Positions 60,699 to 64,000 of a stretch of 64,000 bases of DNA are shown here, piece by piece; the stretch's first letter is position 1, and the number at the start of each line of letters is the position of its first letter. Source of the DNA: Octopus bimaculoides. Lineage: Eukaryota. The stretch covers positions 60,819,599 to 60,883,598 of the forward strand of contig NC_068990.1 in the NCBI RefSeq assembly GCF_001194135.2, in the 5' to 3' direction. Below the pieces are notes generated by a model, which saw nothing but the letters and a program-made list of their open reading frames with translations, was not told the DNA's origin and did no database searches. The position numbers and the translations under genes are program-made.

Positions 60699-60917
60699 TT
60701 AACCCTTTATAATTTAATCCAGCCCCAGTATTCTACTTGTTTTATGTTAAAACTGATCAGATCCAACCTCTCATACCTGTCCTACAATGTCATTCTATAA
60801 ATATACAATCACACCATTGAAATTTCAAAGCTTACAAGATAATGCATGATTAATTCAAAACAATGTGAATAAATAAGCATTACTTTTGACAGAATAATGT
60901 GAATACTAAAGGGTTAA
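60699..60917 (-). mobile_element. TTAA-flanked MITE
   Basis: TTAA-CCCTTT ... AATACTAAAGGG-TTAA; the internal sequence is the rc of 14991-15218. Confidence 0.8.
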
Positions 60918-61077
60918 AGTTGTCCTTTATGATCAGAATTCCAGATTTTCCTGTCTTTCAATGTGTCTTTTGTAGTTTGTGTGTGTCTACGTGTGTGCTA
61001 AATAGTATTCAAAAAGGAATTTGACATGGGAACTCATAATTGAGAAGTTCAAAATTTGGGTATTTCGGCTTTTTACT

Positions 61078-61667
61078 CAATAGTTCTCAACCATTTTTAT
61101 GCCTATAAACCTTTTTGATTCCTATTTAACTCTACTCGACCCTCATAACCATTCGGTGTTTAAGAAAACCATATTATATTTTTATAATTAAATATTATTA
61201 AGTATTGTATAAAATGTGGAGTCGCAATGACCCAGTGGTTAGGGCAGCAAACTCGCAGTCGGAGGATCGCGGTTTCGATTCCCAGACTGGGCGTTGTGTG
61301 TGTTTATTGAGCGAAAACACCTAAAGCTCCATGAGGCTCCAACAAGGGGCGGTGGCGACCCCTGTTGTACTCTTTCGCCCCAACTTTCTCTCACTCTTTC
61401 TTCCTGTTTCTTGGGTAATGCTGCGATGGACTGGCGTCCCATCCAGCTGGGGGGAACACATACGCCATAGAAACCGGGCCCATGAGCCTGGCTAGGCTTT
61501 AAAAGGGCGCATAATAATAATTGCTTAAAATATTGTAAAAATATTTTGTGTTTTGTAGAAGTATAACCAATTTGTTGCACATAAATTTTTACTGCAATAT
61601 CATATAAAGATTCCCACAGGTCATATAGGTCCCCAAGGATTATATAGATCCTAGCTGAGAACTACTA
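61078..61667. mobile_element. hAT (Charlie-like ends) MITE hosting a SINE
   Basis: Ends caatagttctcaacc and agctgagaactacta (consensus CAGTGGTTCTCAACC); flanks tttttact and ctttaact (6/8 match, possibly a decayed 8-bp TSD). Confidence 0.6.
61216..61520 (+). mobile_element. Mosaic SINE: family B head/body plus family C tail
   Basis: 61216-61410 matches 52185-52378; 61415-61511 matches 35965-36068; (TAA)n tail. Confidence 0.88.
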
Positions 61668-61689
61668 CTTTAACTCATAAATGAACATG

Positions 61690-61995
61690 GGATTACACCT
61701 AGAAAGTTACCCTCTGGGGCACAAGTCTAGGCAAGGTGTTTTATGGAAGACCAGCAGTCATCCATGCATACCGGCCTCCCCTCTCTATGCTACCAATGTT
61801 ACCCAAGGGAAAGGCAAAAGCCAATAGAGCCTAGTACCAGTGACATCACAAACTTATTTCTACAGCTGAGTAAACTGGAGCAACGTGAAATAAAGTGTCT
61901 TGCTCAAGAACACAACACACAGCCAGGTCCAGAAATTGAGCTCACTACCTCATGATTGAGAGCCTGATGCTTTAACCACTGAGCCATGTGCCTTC
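61690..61995 (-). mobile_element. SINE family E
   Basis: Reverse complement of 60107-60420. Confidence 0.85.
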
Positions 61996-62931
61996 ACACA
62001 TGAATCTTATCGACACAATGTATGTAGGTTCAATTTCTGAAGACATTTGAACTTGCAAATCTATGATCAAAGGCATTCCATCCATAACCATCACATCTAT
62101 TCATTCATTGTTTATTTCAGATTACATTGTGCAATATGTCCTTCCTTTAGTGTTGTTATTGTTGTTTAGCCTTTGGTCATTTCAATACAGGAAACCTATG
62201 ATCAGAGGCCATTACAACTATTACTTTCTATCCTTCAGAATATAGACAAGATTATCCAGTGTGTCCTTTTTGATGATGTTAGGCTATGATTCATTGAGCC
62301 CCTTCAAAAAAAAAAAAAAAAAAAAAAAAAGAACAAGAAATGATGCAATGTGGTCCCTGCTAAGTTCTTTTCTTTAGGAACAGTTCAGAACATATATATA
62401 TACAATTATGTTCCAACATTTAGGGGCAATTACTAGAACTACTAAATGAACATGGTTAGGACTATTGCATTTTCTATCAGATTTTTATTTTTCGATACAT
62501 TATGATGTGATTTATGGGTAATTTTGACTAGTATTTCTTAAAGATTGAGCAATTGTACAGATGTTCCTATAGCTATAGGTAACAAGACTCTATAAGGATA
62601 CACAGCTTGGGTTTTAGTTTGAATGAAAATGTCTCATAAATAGGTTGTTATTTCACCATTTTCATGTGTGCCCAGTATAGGTGAGATTGAGTGATCCTAA
62701 CGATCCCCAGATTAATGACTATGACTGGATATCACTTATGAAATACAATCAATAAGTTAATCAATTAGTCAATCATTCAATCAATGATCATCATCGTTGT
62801 TGTTGGCCTTAATGTTTTACATCTGCTTTTTGCATGCTCACAGAGCTTGAATGATTTTACTGAAGTAGTGTTTTTAATAATAATAACAATAATAATGATA
62901 ATAATTATGATAATAATAATTATTATTGTAA

Positions 62932-63265
62932 TGATCATCCTTTAACGTCCTTTTTTCATGCTGGCATGGGTTAGACATTTTGACCAGAGCTGGCAAGCCA
63001 GAAAGCTGCAACAGGTTTCGTTCTGATTTGGCTTGGTTTCTATGGCTGGATACCCTTCCTAATGGCATCCACTTTACAAAGTGTACTGGGTGCTTTTTAC
63101 ATGGCACTGGCATGGGCACTTGTACCCTGATGCAGTGCCAGGCAGTGGCTCTCATGGCTTTTGATCTTAACTGGTTGGAAGTGTTAACATGTACATGTTT
63201 TGTCTTTGTGTAAAGGATGGGCTACGGCAAATATTCTGCTCAATACTACAGATTTATTTGTCAGT
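62932..63265. mobile_element. Family F end (-) fused to a partial element X (+)
   Basis: 62932-63120 is a family F rc; 63125-63265 ccctgatgcagtgccaggcagtggctctcatgg.. is the rc of 19650-19795. Confidence 0.78.
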
Positions 63266-63795
63266 TAGAAGTACATGCACAGTACACAGAATAAAACACA
63301 AAAAAAGATAGAACAATGAATATCAAAAAAAATTACAAAGTGGAAAGAATGTTCTCACAGTTAGCAACTGATGTGGGTAATTTACTCCATGCTTTGACCA
63401 TTCCTGGGTGTGAAAGGTATGTATCTGAAAGTCATTTAGTGTTTTTTTTTGTTATCTCATAAGCATGGCTTCATGTAGTAGAGATATTGAATTCAAAATG
63501 GTGACCAAAATATAGACAGCTGACCATCATCCTGTTGCCAAGCCTCTTAGCTGCTTCATACAATGCACAGAAATGCAGTGTACCTATTCTAAAACTGGGG
63601 TACATATTGTGAACAATAATCAAAGAGTAAGAGAAATGAAATATCTCAACCAAGAATTGAACCTGCAATACAAACTTTAGTTTTAGAAACTAATCATCAT
63701 TTCAGAGACATAATTTCAGTCATTAGACAGTGGCCATGCTGGGGCACTGCCTTGAAAAATTCTTAGTTGAATGAAGCAACTCGAATACTTGTATG

Positions 63796-63838
<43 letters not shown>

Positions 63839-64000
63839 TTATTTACGGCCTCAAACATCTCAATACCTTGCGCTTTAGTTTTGTCCCTTATTATTTATCT
63901 TGTTTCTCTCCATGAAATTCAATTGAATTCAGTTGTTGTCTTAAATTCATGCTTATTCATTTTCTAAGCTTCCTAAATCCATGCTACGTTATATTCTAAT

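Noticed and set aside
63316-63416. Short frame MNIKKNYKVERMFSQL.. ending at a strong AG|gtatgt donor
   Set aside because: In-frame stop just upstream and no usable acceptor; cannot be supported.

Overview
AT-rich, microsatellite-dense eukaryotic draft scaffold with 11 N-gaps. The tRNA-derived SINE families, RTE/Penelope/R4-type retroelements and mariners look like a coleoid cephalopod, probably Octopus; this is an inference from repeat content, not a database hit. The window appears to be almost entirely intron of a + strand PH-domain gene. One clear exon (15670-15815) resembles PLEKHA5/6/7, and a plausible second PH-like exon lies at 25459-25590. The rest is decayed mobile DNA: RTE LINEs, R4/Dong-like RLE LINE 3' ends, Penelope-like remnants, mariner/Tc1 remnants, a Gypsy RT scrap, TTAA- and hAT-type MITEs, and several modular SINE families (labels A-F are my own). 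No CRISPR, rRNA or genuine tRNA gene is supported, and most ORF-track entries are microsatellite or N-gap artefacts. Most notable: (1) two type I hammerhead ribozyme motifs with palindromic helix III, back-to-back at 12473-12512 (-) and 12788-12887 (+); (2) a 2.6-kb nest in which RLE-LINE ends and an ORF-less element sit antiparallel inside the (ATT)n tails of SINEs (19030-21608); (3) a perfect 78-bp duplication 9.4 kb apart; (4) two long hairpins. All calls were made by eye without tools.
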